From an uncultured virus (IMG/VR IMGVR_UViG_3300017747_004150) (Duplodnaviria > Heunggongvirae > Uroviricota > Caudoviricetes): DNA of 64,000 bases. The notes under the pieces were generated by a model, which ran no database searches, was not told the DNA's origin, and saw nothing but the letters and a program-made list of their open reading frames with translations. This document shows positions 1 to 9,746 of the stretch, piece by piece. The translations under genes were made by a program, and so were the position numbers. Position 1 is the first letter of the stretch; each line of letters opens with the position of its first letter. The stretch lies in IMG/VR virus record IMGVR_UViG_3300017747_004150; one strand, written 5' to 3'.

Positions 1-3000
1 ATCTACTCTGCTTTGCCCCCTGCTGGCTTGCTGGGTTGTTTCTCTGGTTCCCCAATCAAACAAAAATCCATTGGCATACCTCAGATTGAAGTGTGCCTTA
101 AATGGTGTGGCTGAAAGAAAAACAACTTTGGTGTTTTCTGCTGCCCTCTTTGCTCTTTCCTCAAGAGCGGGAAGGGCTTCTTTTTTCTTAGCTTCTACAT
201 CTATCAAGGTTTTTTCCAGCTTTTTCTGCTCTTCATCAAGTTGAGCATACTTCATATCCGTTGTGTCGTCAAGATTTTTGATTTTATCAATGGATCGAAT
301 TTCTTCGTTTAATGCCTTTGCTTTAATCCACAATGGATGCCGGGACGTTATTCTGGATAGTGCTGTGCTTGCGTTTTTATTTGAAAACTCATAGTGAGCA
401 CTTGTGGTGGAAGATGTTTCACCAGCCTTACTTTCCATAAGCCGGTGTGCCTCATCATACACGACCAAATCAAAATCTCTTTTTGCAAGTTCATCGTTTG
501 CCCGGAAGTTGGCATAGGTAGTAATGACCACTCCTTTGCCGCCTGTTTTTGTGTCAGAAAGTGGAGTTATGTTTAACCCAAGTGCTTTACCATCTTCTGC
601 CCAATCGGTTACTTTTGGTTGTGATGGAACCACAATCAAAATATTGTCTTTCCCCTCTTTGACGAATCGCTTAATAATTCCAAGCCCGGTAAAGGTTTTG
701 CCGGTACCCGTTCCATTGGTGAACAGCATTCCCTTACCCATCCCTCTTTCCGGTGTTTTGTGCTCTGGATCAAAAAATCTTTGTTCGGCTTTAAGCACAT
801 CCTCCTGCTGCTCTGGAAGGAGATATGGTAGTGTTGCCCGAATGTTTGCCAGGTCGCCTCGTTTGACCGGGATGCCCTCTGCTTTTTTCTGCTCAACCAG
901 TTTTAGCTTTTGCTTGTCTGCAAAGCTGCCTGATACTTGTTGAGTTGATTCATCAAAGTCTTTACCTCCATTGGCGTCAGTGCCGGTATTTCCCTTTGTG
1001 CCATCAACGCTGTTTCCTCTGCCGTCAAAAGTTCCGGCATTTGAGCCCTCATTCCTGGGTCCGGATTCTGATTCAGAAAGCTGCTGATTGCCTTGTTCTC
1101 CAATAGCAGGGGTAAAAATATTGAGACTGCTCTCCCGACTCTCGGACTGCTGGTTCTCTGTGTTACCTCCTCCCTGAGATCCATTTCCATTTTTTCCGCT
1201 TCCTGTTCGTTGGCCTTGAACATTTTCTTCATTAGCGGATGAAGTATTTTCTGCGACATTGCTATTGCGTTCGCCGTTTCCTGATCGATCAGATACATCT
1301 TCTTCTTGTTTTTGTAATTGAAACTTTCGTACTGTTTTGACGTCATCCATTTCATCAAGAACATTGTCCTCAACGCTTCGCATGTTTGACAGGTATGCTT
1401 CTTTGATTGCGTTTAACATCTGGTCGGAAAGCGTGCCCAGCCGATACTCAACGTCTGCCGCAATGTCCTCCAGCTTATACACTCCCTTTTGAATGTACTT
1501 GGCAACCGTTTTGGCAACCGCTGCAATGATGGCTGGATCTGCTGGATTTGAAAATGCTTTGCCGCCAATCAATTTATCTAGGTCGGCCCAATCTTTATCC
1601 AGTTCAGCATTCAGGTTTTTAAGCTTGTCTTTTACATCTGCTTTTCTGCGATCGCGCTTTTCGCCGCGGGACTCTTTCTCAGATGCTTCTGCTTTGTTTA
1701 AGCCCAACTCTTTCCTTAATGCCGCCTCTTGTTCTGGAGTCAAATTTTTTAATTTGTCCGCCAAGTTTTGTGCTTTGTTGTTCAGCAGCTTGTCCAACTC
1801 TTTTTGATCTCGATTGACATCAGCTTTTTCTGCCGCAATGTCCTCTTTATATCGATCAACTAATGAATCGTGTTCGTCTTGAACATCTTGCAATTCTCCT
1901 TTTAGATCTTCAATCTTTTGTTGCCTTTCTTCTTTTGAAAGGTTTTTATTGTCCCGTGCTGCAGCCATCTCGGTTTTAATCCGATCCTTTTCAGCCTTTA
2001 GGTTTCCTTCCTCGGTTTTGATTTCGTCCTGGAGATCCTGAATCTTTGAATTTGAAGCAGCAATATTATCCTCAAGAACCTTCTTCCTTGAGTCTTCCTT
2101 TTTTTCAGTATCCAACTCCAGCTGAGAGGTCTTTTTACCTTTCAGTTTTTCCAGTTGGTTTTCAGCTTTCTCCAACTCCCGTTTTGCAAGTTCAACCGCT
2201 GTTTCGGCTTCTTTTACCTTCCGGGTTAAATCCGGATTGCCCCTTTCAGCAACAATCCCCAATGGAGTTGCCTCGCCAAGAGGGATGTTCATGGTTTGCC
2301 CCAAATTTGCTTTTGCAGAAGCCAGCTTTTTTTCTGCATCGGCAACCACCGACTTCGCTTTTTTAACAATGTCTTCAGCGGCTTTCTGCTCCGGGCTTAC
2401 TTCAGACTTTTCTTCTGATTTTTCTTTTGCTCCATCAGCCGGTTTGCTGCTTTGATTTTCAACATCTCCCTGGCCTTCTGTTCCTTTGTCAAATTCTGCT
2501 TTTGCATTTTCGTATTCTTTTTTTTCTGTTTCACTTAAAGACTCAAACCAATTATCCCAATCAGATGCCTCCTTTTCAATTTCTTCATCTGATAATTCCA
2601 TGTTATCGATTTCATCGTATTCTGCTTCCAGCTTCATTGCTTCTGAAATTGAAAAAGCACCTGCAGGAATCCCCTTGCCGGGCCCGACTGAAAAAGTAAG
2701 TTCGTCAAGATCCCATAATCGATTTGCTTCTTTAATTACGGCTTTGGCCGACTCCGTATCGGTTTTACCGGCACGTATATCGGCCAGCCCTTTTGTCATT
2801 GTAGCTCTATCAATCTGGACATTTGGACGTGGACTCCAAATGTCTCCATTCCAATCAAGATTCCCAGAATCAATCAGCTTTTTTGCTTTGGTAATCTGAT
2901 CGTCGGTCGCTACAATTTCTGGTTCCCGTCGTGTTGCAATTCGTCTGATCGGTTTATTATTCTGATCAAACACCTGGATCTTACCTTTACCCTTTCGGCC

Positions 3001-6000
3001 AACACTATACCCAAGCTTTGATGCTGCTTTGGTAATGATGGAAAGTGCATCTCCTTTGCGATTTGATGCCGCTGCATTGTAGTCCTGAACCTTGTTGAGA
3101 AGGGAGTTGTGTGCATCCTTATTCTCAGTTCCGGCGTTTTCTGCGACTATGGGTTTCTGTGTTTGCAGATCAGTGGGGGTAAACGCTATTTGAGAATTAT
3201 CAAAAACCGCAACATAGGTTTGGTCTTTAATGTCATTTTCATCTACGTTTTTAAAGACAATGCCATCGTAACCTCTTTTCTTTAACTCTTTTCTAAACTT
3301 TTCCGAATCTTCTTTTGTCGCTTTATATGACGGGACTCCGGTAATTTCCTGAAACAGTCCCATATACTCTTTTTCAAAATTATCCCATTCAATATTAAGC
3401 GGGTTTTTTACAGTTAAGTTAGCTGCATACACCTGGCCTTTTTTGGGTGGTTCGTTTAAATTTTCTAAATAACTAGAAAATTTATCCGCACTAACCGGGT
3501 CAGTTGTAAACCAAGTTGCAAACGAATCCGCTCCGCGATGTTTAACTTTTTCTCCAAAATTCGTAATTCCTTTTGTTGGAGATCCGTGATAAAAAGTAAT
3601 TGGATTGTTTTTGTCATCCATTAATACTCCCTGTTTTTTTTGCTGTGCAATCAGGTCGCTTATCGGCTTGTCGTACCTATCGTAAATTTCCTTCCGCTTC
3701 GCCTTGTCATTCATGTCGGGCATTGCATCGTACTCCGCTTGTTCTTTCGCTCGTAGGTCAGTTATCTGATCGGCTAGTGAAGCTGGGGTGGGAGCGGCTT
3801 GTTGTGTTGATTTGTACACATTCCCGTTGTAATCCTTTATGGTTGTCTGTGGGTACTTATCAGCCAATTCTTGTGCAAATGGCGTTAGCCCAACATTGAG
3901 AATGACCTCAATTTCGGATGGGTCAACTTTGCCTTTCGAACCACCATCTATACTATTAGAAGCAATAAAGAATTTGCCAGTTGTCCAAGGGCCACCACCT
4001 TTAGCACCTATCTCCCCAAACCATCCCTCCATTTTGCCAGTAGACAAAATATTGTTTAAAACGTCAAGCGACCCCTCTTCATTCAGCCTTGTAGACCCGT
4101 GACCATATTTTTTATCAGTAAGGCGGTCAAGGCCATTCATCGTAATGCCTCCGGTCATATCGTAAATAGGATTGCCATCCATATCCAGAATCTTGCCTTC
4201 GTTCAGCAACCTAAATTGCTTGCCTATTATTTTGCCGACCTCAGTTTGCGGGCTTGATACTACCTCGGTAGCCCCTTGCTGTGCTGGTGCGTCGTACTTA
4301 GCGTTAATCTCATCAACCTGATTTCTTTGAGCAGCTTCTATTGTGGGCAAAAAATCTGATCCAATTAAATTTAACAAATTTGCCCTATGATTCCCATCAT
4401 TTATGATAATGGTGTCGTCTGGCATTATGCTAATCTCTATTGGGTCTTTTTTTACATAGTCTTGTATTTTTTGAACTAAATCTGGATTATTTTTTATGTA
4501 ATCAATTAAAGGTTTAACCTTTTCTCCATTAAACAAATCTTCGGGAATTCCTAAATTTAAATTAGTATTTATAAAATTTACTAGGTCTTTCAATTGGGTT
4601 GAAGTAAACCCTTGTGTTCCTATTGACCCATTCGGTCTTCTAACCTCTTCTATGGGGACATTTCTTACAACACTATCAAGTTCTTGTTTTCGTCGTTTCT
4701 CAATCTCCTCTACCTCCGCTTGCTGAGTTTGCTCCACTTGTGGTAATGGAACGGGAGTGGATTGTGCTTCGCTAGTGGCAGCGGCCCCACCTTCAGTAGA
4801 TGCGGGAACCACTCCGGCATCAGTAACAACATTTTCTGATCCTGTTGGACTGACCGCTCCTGCGTCCACATTAGGGCTGCCAGTTCCTGCGTTAGTGTTG
4901 TCATTGGTTTGCGGGAATGTAATGGTTGGCGTTGTAATTACTCTGTTTCCATTGGAATCGGTGTAAGCATTTTTCTTAAAGTCTTCAGTAAATTCTGCAT
5001 TACTATTAAACTCTCCATTTTTCTTTTTCTGAATAATTTGAAGCGCACTTGGATTGTCCTCCCACTCCCCTGTTTCTTCATTTAATATTTGAGGGATTAA
5101 TTCAAATGTTTCAGACCCACGGCTTGAAACTATTTTCTTCCCTATAATAGTTCTGGTTTCGGCTCCTTCGTGCTGAATAATGGTTCCTTCCGGCAATGAA
5201 TCGAGAAACTCAAATGCTTCTTGGCCCGTTACCTTTTGCCCTCTTTCGTTGAAAAAACTAAGCCTTTCTTGTGCTGATTCTTGCGTTTGTTGCGAAGCTT
5301 GCTGTGCTGTATTTGTTTGTTGAGCAACCGGTGCGGCCGGCGGAAGAGCCATCAACTCATATGATCCGGCTTTTCCAATTGCATCTGCACTGGTCAGTTC
5401 AGTAATCGATCCGTCTTGCTCTTGAACCACAAATATCCGGTAGCCATCATCAAAGAATTTGATGGCATCACGCGGGCTTTCCATTTTAACGCCCTCATTT
5501 TCCATCCGGGAAACTTCTTCATCACCTTCGCTAAATGAACTGCCCCAGCCTTCTTTGTCTTCCACAATGTCTGCATCGTCGGCCATTGCCTCTCTTTGTG
5601 CATTAACCGTTTCCATGATCTTCTCACGGTTCAAGTCAAACATCAGTTTGTAACGCTGACCAAAAGATGCTGGATCTTTTCCGTCCAAAACATCTTCCAC
5701 CATCCCGGCAAACCTTTCTTCTGACAACTGCTGATTGTTGTTCATGAAGTCCCGCATCTCGTCATCCGATATCTCTACCTCTTCAGATACTGGCTGGTTA
5801 ACCGGAGCCACTGGTTCTGTCACCGGTGCAGCTTCTGGTTTCGGCGGAGGCGCCGTACTTGTTCCTCTAAGATTGATAGGATTTTCAACATCTGGAGTTG
5901 CGTTTGTCATACCTCGGTTGCCAAGGTGTTGCTCAAGTGTTTTAAGCGTTTGATCCCGAAACTCGCTCTCTGGTTGTTCTTGAACATGCAAGTATGCGTC

Positions 6001-7848
6001 TTGCAAAACACTGGTTGACGGTAGTTTGATTTTGCTTATCTCGGCATCAAACTGTGCAGCAATGTCGTTTGCTTTTGCTGGGCTCTTGGCAATGGCTTCG
6101 ATCTTTTGCCTTTGCAAATCATTCCTGGCATCCAATGCTGATGCAATTACTACCGCATTAAACCCTTTGTCTCCAGCAGCTTTTTCTCCGGCACCACCTC
6201 TTGCCGTTAGCCGTATATAAGCATCAACCGGATTCTTTGCGGTTCTTACAATTTTGCCGGCGGCAATAAGTCCGCCAGCGCCAACAAAACCACCAACAAA
6301 ACTTTCCGCCAGCCTTTTTTGACCTTCATCTGATGTCACTGCTTCTGGAAGTTTTTCCACAAATCTTTCGACAGATCCCGATCCCGAAGCCTGTTCGCTG
6401 GCCATAGCTGTAAGTTCTTGTGCCGTTTCAATTGCACCTTCATGAGCGCCTTTTGCGGTAAGTCCTGTTACGGTGCCTATAAATCTACTCCATGCTTTAT
6501 TTCCTGTTTGCTTTATAACCCAATCCCGGACGGCCCTGTATCCGCCCTTTGACGCAATAGTGTTTCCTACGACCTTGGATCCAAACTTCTCCAGAACCGC
6601 CTGTATTCCTGCTGAAACAATAGGAATAAATTCTGCGTCATCACCAGCTTCAATTACCTGCTCTGGAGTTCTGTTTGTTTCTTTTGCTTTTTCTTTTACT
6701 CCATTTACATACCCATCTGCCAAAGTCTGAGCAAACATTGAGTATCCGCCAGTAAATGCAGCCGGTAGCATTGATGTTACTGCCTGACCAATACTGTACA
6801 GTGTTGCTTCCGGAAGTCGTTTGTATTCGCCGCTTTTAAACGCATCGATAAGACTTGTCTGAATGTTGTATTCTTTTAGATCGTTTTGGAACTTTTTATT
6901 GATCACCTCAAGTTCAGCACCAATTCTTTTTTTGACTTTTTGCTCGTTTTCTTCTGCTGCTTTTTTTCTGTCGCCAAAAGAAAACAGTGTTCGTTGTTTT
7001 GCCCCCAGGTATGCTTCGCCTAGTAAAATTTGATCATACGCATTGTTGGCTAATTTTCCGATGGCAGCAGGTAGGTCGGAAAACAACATTTTGTACCAAG
7101 GTCGATCTTCGTCTCTTTTTTGTTGGGCGCTTTGGTAAGCTAAACCTTGCTTTTCTTTTGGAATACCGGTTACCAAATCTCGCATTGCTTGATTTAATCC
7201 AGTTCCCTTATCCGACATCATTACCCCGGTCGACTGATACTGTCCGGTTGGATCTTCATTGACATTTCTTCCCTTGTCCTCAAATTCTTCTCCACCGGCT
7301 GTCATACCTTGAGGCATGTAAAATGGCTTGCCGTTTACCATTTCAGCTTTAAACTCTCCGGTCTGCGGCTCTCCGGTGAGTTCAATTCGTTGTGGGCCGG
7401 CATCTGCTTTTGGCGCCGGAACCTGTCCGCGTGTTTTCTCCTGTATGGCATCAAGAACAGTTTTGCGTTTGCCAAACTGATTGAATACACTTGGCTGTCC
7501 GAATTCTGGTCCTGTTGCCGCTGGGGTATCTGTTACTACTGGCTGCGGCTCTTCTTTTTGAACAGCTGCTTGTGGAATAGACTCTCCAGTCAAAAAGGTT
7601 TTTTGAAAAGTTTCAACATCATCCGGAAGCCCATCAACCATTTCAGATGCTCGTAGTTCAAATAAAACTCCGCTGGCTTGCGTCCTTCCGCGGCCAACAT
7701 ACTCTTTTAACTTTTCAGGAGTCCAAGATCCATACCGATCTGGCTGATATTCTTTTAGAATACCAAGAAGTTTTGCTGGACGGTCGTTGCCAGGAGCCTT
7801 GTCTTGTGACAATTCCAGTTGTTCTGCTTCAGGTAGGAAATCTGCCAT
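1..7848 (-). CDS. Giant polyvalent/virion-ejected protein (>2616 aa, runs off the window start): membrane-like N-terminal region, ParB-like domain, two ADP-ribosyltransferase-like domains, SF2 helicase
   Basis: Manually read frame from ATG at 7848 has no stop down to base 1. Motifs: GMLFTNGTGTGKT (Walker A, ~690-740), VVYDEAH (~445-465), VVFLSATPF (~100-126), FYHGSP...WFTT...KNPL...GYDGIVF...VFDNSQI (3185-3625), IINDGNHR (~4384-4407), EGAIETAQE and FVGGFVGAGG (6250-6450). Confidence 0.92.
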   Translation of the reverse strand, partial: MADFLPEAEQLELSQDKAPGNDRPAKLLGILKEYQPDRYGSWTPEKLKEYVGRGRTQASGVLFELRASEMVDGLPDDVETFQKTFLTGESIPQAAVQKEEPQPVVTDTPAATGPEFGQPSVFNQFGKRKTVLDAIQEKTRGQVPAPKADAGPQRIELTGEPQTGEFKAEMVNGKPFYMPQGMTAGGEEFEDKGRNVNEDPTGQYQSTGVMMSDKGTGLNQAMRDLVTGIPKEKQGLAYQSAQQKRDEDRPWYKMLFSDLPAAIGKLANNAYDQILLGEAYLGAKQRTLFSFGDRKKAAEENEQKVKKRIGAELEVINKKFQNDLKEYNIQTSLIDAFKSGEYKRLPEATLYSIGQAVTSMLPAAFTGGYSMFAQTLADGYVNGVKEKAKETNRTPEQVIEAGDDAEFIPIVSAGIQAVLEKFGSKVVGNTIASKGGYRAVRDWVIKQTGNKAWSRFIGTVTGLTAKGAHEGAIETAQELTAMASEQASGSGSVERFVEKLPEAVTSDEGQKRLAESFVGGFVGAGGLIAAGKIVRTAKNPVDAYIRLTARGGAGEKAAGDKGFNAVVIASALDARNDLQRQKIEAIAKSPAKANDIAAQFDAEISKIKLPSTSVLQDAYLHVQEQPESEFRDQTLKTLEQHLGNRGMTNATPDVENPINLRGTSTAPPPKPEAAPVTEPVAPVNQPVSEEVEISDDEMRDFMNNNQQLSEERFAGMVEDVLDGKDPASFGQRYKLMFDLNREKIMETVNAQREAMADDADIVEDKEGWGSSFSEGDEEVSRMENEGVKMESPRDAIKFFDDGYRIFVVQEQDGSITELTSADAIGKAGSYELMALPPAAPVAQQTNTAQQASQQTQESAQERLSFFNERGQKVTGQEAFEFLDSLPEGTIIQHEGAETRTIIGKKIVSSRGSETFELIPQILNEETGEWEDNPSALQIIQKKKNGEFNSNAEFTEDFKKNAYTDSNGNRVITTPTITFPQTNDNTNAGTGSPNVDAGAVSPTGSENVVTDAGVVPASTEGGAAATSEAQSTPVPLPQVEQTQQAEVEEIEKRRKQELDSVVRNVPIEEVRRPNGSIGTQGFTSTQLKDLVNFINTNLNLGIPEDLFNGEKVKPLIDYIKNNPDLVQKIQDYVKKDPIEISIMPDDTIIINDGNHRANLLNLIGSDFLPTIEAAQRNQVDEINAKYDAPAQQGATEVVSSPQTEVGKIIGKQFRLLNEGKILDMDGNPIYDMTGGITMNGLDRLTDKKYGHGSTRLNEEGSLDVLNNILSTGKMEGWFGEIGAKGGGPWTTGKFFIASNSIDGGSKGKVDPSEIEVILNVGLTPFAQELADKYPQTTIKDYNGNVYKSTQQAAPTPASLADQITDLRAKEQAEYDAMPDMNDKAKRKEIYDRYDKPISDLIAQQKKQGVLMDDKNNPITFYHGSPTKGITNFGEKVKHRGADSFATWFTTDPVSADKFSSYLENLNEPPKKGQVYAANLTVKNPLNIEWDNFEKEYMGLFQEITGVPSYKATKEDSEKFRKELKKRGYDGIVFKNVDENDIKDQTYVAVFDNSQIAFTPTDLQTQKPIVAENAGTENKDAHNSLLNKVQDYNAAASNRKGDALSIITKAASKLGYSVGRKGKGKIQVFDQNNKPIRRIATRREPEIVATDDQITKAKKLIDSGNLDWNGDIWSPRPNVQIDRATMTKGLADIRAGKTDTESAKAVIKEANRLWDLDELTFSVGPGKGIPAGAFSISEAMKLEAEYDEIDNMELSDEEIEKEASDWDNWFESLSETEKKEYENAKAEFDKGTEGQGDVENQSSKPADGAKEKSEEKSEVSPEQKAAEDIVKKAKSVVADAEKKLASAKANLGQTMNIPLGEATPLGIVAERGNPDLTRKVKEAETAVELAKRELEKAENQLEKLKGKKTSQLELDTEKKEDSRKKVLEDNIAASNSKIQDLQDEIKTEEGNLKAEKDRIKTEMAAARDNKNLSKEERQQKIEDLKGELQDVQDEHDSLVDRYKEDIAAEKADVNRDQKELDKLLNNKAQNLADKLKNLTPEQEAALRKELGLNKAEASEKESRGEKRDRRKADVKDKLKNLNAELDKDWADLDKLIGGKAFSNPADPAIIAAVAKTVAKYIQKGVYKLEDIAADVEYRLGTLSDQMLNAIKEAYLSNMRSVEDNVLDEMDDVKTVRKFQLQKQEEDVSDRSGNGERNSNVAENTSSANEENVQGQRTGSGKNGNGSQGGGNTENQQSESRESSLNIFTPAIGEQGNQQLSESESGPRNEGSNAGTFDGRGNSVDGTKGNTGTDANGGKDFDESTQQVSGSFADKQKLKLVEQKKAEGIPVKRGDLANIRATLPYLLPEQQEDVLKAEQRFFDPEHKTPERGMGKGMLFTNGTGTGKTFTGLGIIKRFVKEGKDNILIVVPSQPKVTDWAEDGKALGLNITPLSDTKTGGKGVVITTYANFRANDELAKRDFDLVVYDEAHRLMESKAGETSSTTSAHYEFSNKNASTALSRITSRHPLWIKAKALNEEIRSIDKIKNLDDTTDMKYAQLDEEQKKLEKTLIDVEAKKKEALPALEERAKRAAENTKVVFLSATPFKAHFNLRYANGFLFDWGTRETTQQASRGQSRVD
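903..1298 (-). CDS. Putative nested (overprinted) 131-aa gene in the +1 frame of the giant ORF
   Basis: ATG at 1298 follows an A-rich leader (AATTACAAAAACAAGAAGAAG-ATG). The product looks helical and globular, whereas the host frame here is a disordered G/S/N/E linker. Confidence 0.55.
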   Translation of the reverse strand: MYLIDQETANAIAMSQKILHPLMKKMFKANEQEAEKMEMDLREEVTQRTSSPRVGRAVSIFLPLLLENKAISSFLNQNPDPGMRAQMPELLTAEETALMAQREIPALTPMEVKTLMNQLNKYQAALQTSKS

Positions 7849-7856
7849 AGGTATTT

Positions 7857-9746
7857 TTAATAACGAGTTTTTCGTTTAGGAGTAGTATTTGTTGGCATTG
7901 GAGTCGGATTGCTTGGCACACTTCCAACAAATTGATCAAAATTAAGTTCTCTTTGTTTTTTGTTGAGTTCTTCAACCGTCTGCATAAATGTAGGATTGTA
8001 TTTCATAGCAGCGGCTCTTGCCGTCCCTGCCTGTGGAATTGCAACGTAAATTTTGCCTGATTTCCCCGGTCCTTTGAAAAACAAATTGAGAGCCTGGCTT
8101 GCTGGAGTGGTTCCTTCGGATGGCACAACTGGTATTCCATCTTCTGTTTTTCCTTGAAGTTCAGAAACGTCAAGTTCCATAAATCCTTCTGGTTTTACCC
8201 TTCCTGCAACAACAAAATCTGCTGCTTCGTTTACTGGAACATATTTTCCATTAGGCCCCAGTACAACTGGTTTATATCCTTTTTTCTTAGCAATTTCAAT
8301 TGCTTTATTTATTTTATCAGCATCAAACTGACCGCCTTCCATGAAGCCAGTGGCTTGGAATTCGGTTGGATCTGTTTTAATTCCTGTTTCTTTTGAAAAA
8401 AAATCTTTGGCTATATAATGTGGTCTGTTATCGCCAGGCTTCATCACCATCAAACCACCTCCTCGAATAATGTTTTCGCTGGTAACCCGGTAGGTTTGGC
8501 CAACGCCTTGCTTAATGCCTGGGTTTTTTACTTTTTGAAGTTTCCCATCTACCATTACCATGATCTCTGGAGATCCTACAACAATGCCAGCGGCGTCTTC
8601 CTTGGTAAACGTGCCAGCAAAAGAGTTCTGTTTGCTTTTTGTTCTTCCGTCTGCACCTATTCGATTTTCTGGTTCCTGAAAAGCAGTTTTAGCAGCCTGA
8701 CGTATTTCTCGCTCTTTGTCGGTTAAGCTTCTTGCCTGTACAAATTTCTTGATTTGCTTTTCATCCATATTGGTCATAGCCCAGGATTCCGGGCGACCCA
8801 TCTCTGGCTCAATAAAGTATTTGTATTCAAGTTCGTCATTGGCATTTTGTCTAGCCACAGGATCTGTTATTTGCAAATTACTTGCCAGGTCTGCTTCGTA
8901 GGCTTTTAAAATTGCCGCATCTTTTAACCTTTCTTCTTTTTGAACTTTATACAATTGAGCAGTTCTTGGATCTGTCATTTGATCGCGATAAACACGTTCA
9001 CCAGCAAATCGTACGTCATATCCGGTAACACGTCCATTTTTGTCTTTGATTGGAGTAATGTCTTGGTATGGACCAACTTCTACTGATTGAGAACTTGAAA
9101 ACAATCCAGTTGGATCATCGGTAAAAGACATTTTACGACTTCTACCTTTTGTCCCTTCCTTAAATGTGCCGTATATTCCCGGCCTGTTTAACGCATGATA
9201 CTCCTGCCTTGCAGCTTCTCCAATAGATTGAATATCATCTGCACCAAGCTGTCCATCTTTTTCAATCTTTTCAATTGACTTTTTAGTAATTAGCTGATCC
9301 AATACTGCTCTATCATAGGCTTTTGGATAGGTTCCTTCTGTTTGTGTCAGGTAGTCTTCAACAGCTTTGTTTGCATTTGCAAGAGACTGTCCAACTCCTT
9401 TTAATCTTCCAGCCTTTTCATATACAGTTGCTTTACTGTTACGCAGCTGACCCGACCGGTAAAGATCTCCCACTTCTTTTAAATGTGGTTCGACAAATTT
9501 TGTATTGTATGGGTTTTGAAAACGACCCGTATCAGCAACATCAATTTTGAGCGCATCGTTGGCTTCTTTTTCCGCCTGGGCTGCCGCCTTGGCTTTCATT
9601 GCAGCCTGTGTCCGCATGTCCTGGACATCCAGATTAATGTTCCGGTTTCTTTCTCTTTCTGCAAGCCTTGCCGAATTGCTGGGCCCAAGAATTACCGAAT
9701 CACCGGTGTTTGAAACGCCTCTTGTGTTAAAAACCGAACCCTCCAT
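7857..9746 (-). CDS. Putative internal virion/ejection protein (629 aa)
   Basis: Long ORF between ring-like genes and the giant protein; Ala/Gln-rich helical N-terminus. Confidence 0.6.
   Translation of the reverse strand: MEGSVFNTRGVSNTGDSVILGPSNSARLAERERNRNINLDVQDMRTQAAMKAKAAAQAEKEANDALKIDVADTGRFQNPYNTKFVEPHLKEVGDLYRSGQLRNSKATVYEKAGRLKGVGQSLANANKAVEDYLTQTEGTYPKAYDRAVLDQLITKKSIEKIEKDGQLGADDIQSIGEAARQEYHALNRPGIYGTFKEGTKGRSRKMSFTDDPTGLFSSSQSVEVGPYQDITPIKDKNGRVTGYDVRFAGERVYRDQMTDPRTAQLYKVQKEERLKDAAILKAYEADLASNLQITDPVARQNANDELEYKYFIEPEMGRPESWAMTNMDEKQIKKFVQARSLTDKEREIRQAAKTAFQEPENRIGADGRTKSKQNSFAGTFTKEDAAGIVVGSPEIMVMVDGKLQKVKNPGIKQGVGQTYRVTSENIIRGGGLMVMKPGDNRPHYIAKDFFSKETGIKTDPTEFQATGFMEGGQFDADKINKAIEIAKKKGYKPVVLGPNGKYVPVNEAADFVVAGRVKPEGFMELDVSELQGKTEDGIPVVPSEGTTPASQALNLFFKGPGKSGKIYVAIPQAGTARAAAMKYNPTFMQTVEELNKKQRELNFDQFVGSVPSNPTPMPTNTTPKRKTRY

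Noticed and set aside
5820..5891. Nested +1-frame ORF MLKILSILEEQVRRLRRNQKLHR
   Set aside because: Only 23 codons with no A-rich leader; expected by chance.
394..7850. Many short plus-strand ORFs in the track
   Set aside because: They are antisense shadows of the single giant minus-strand ORF.
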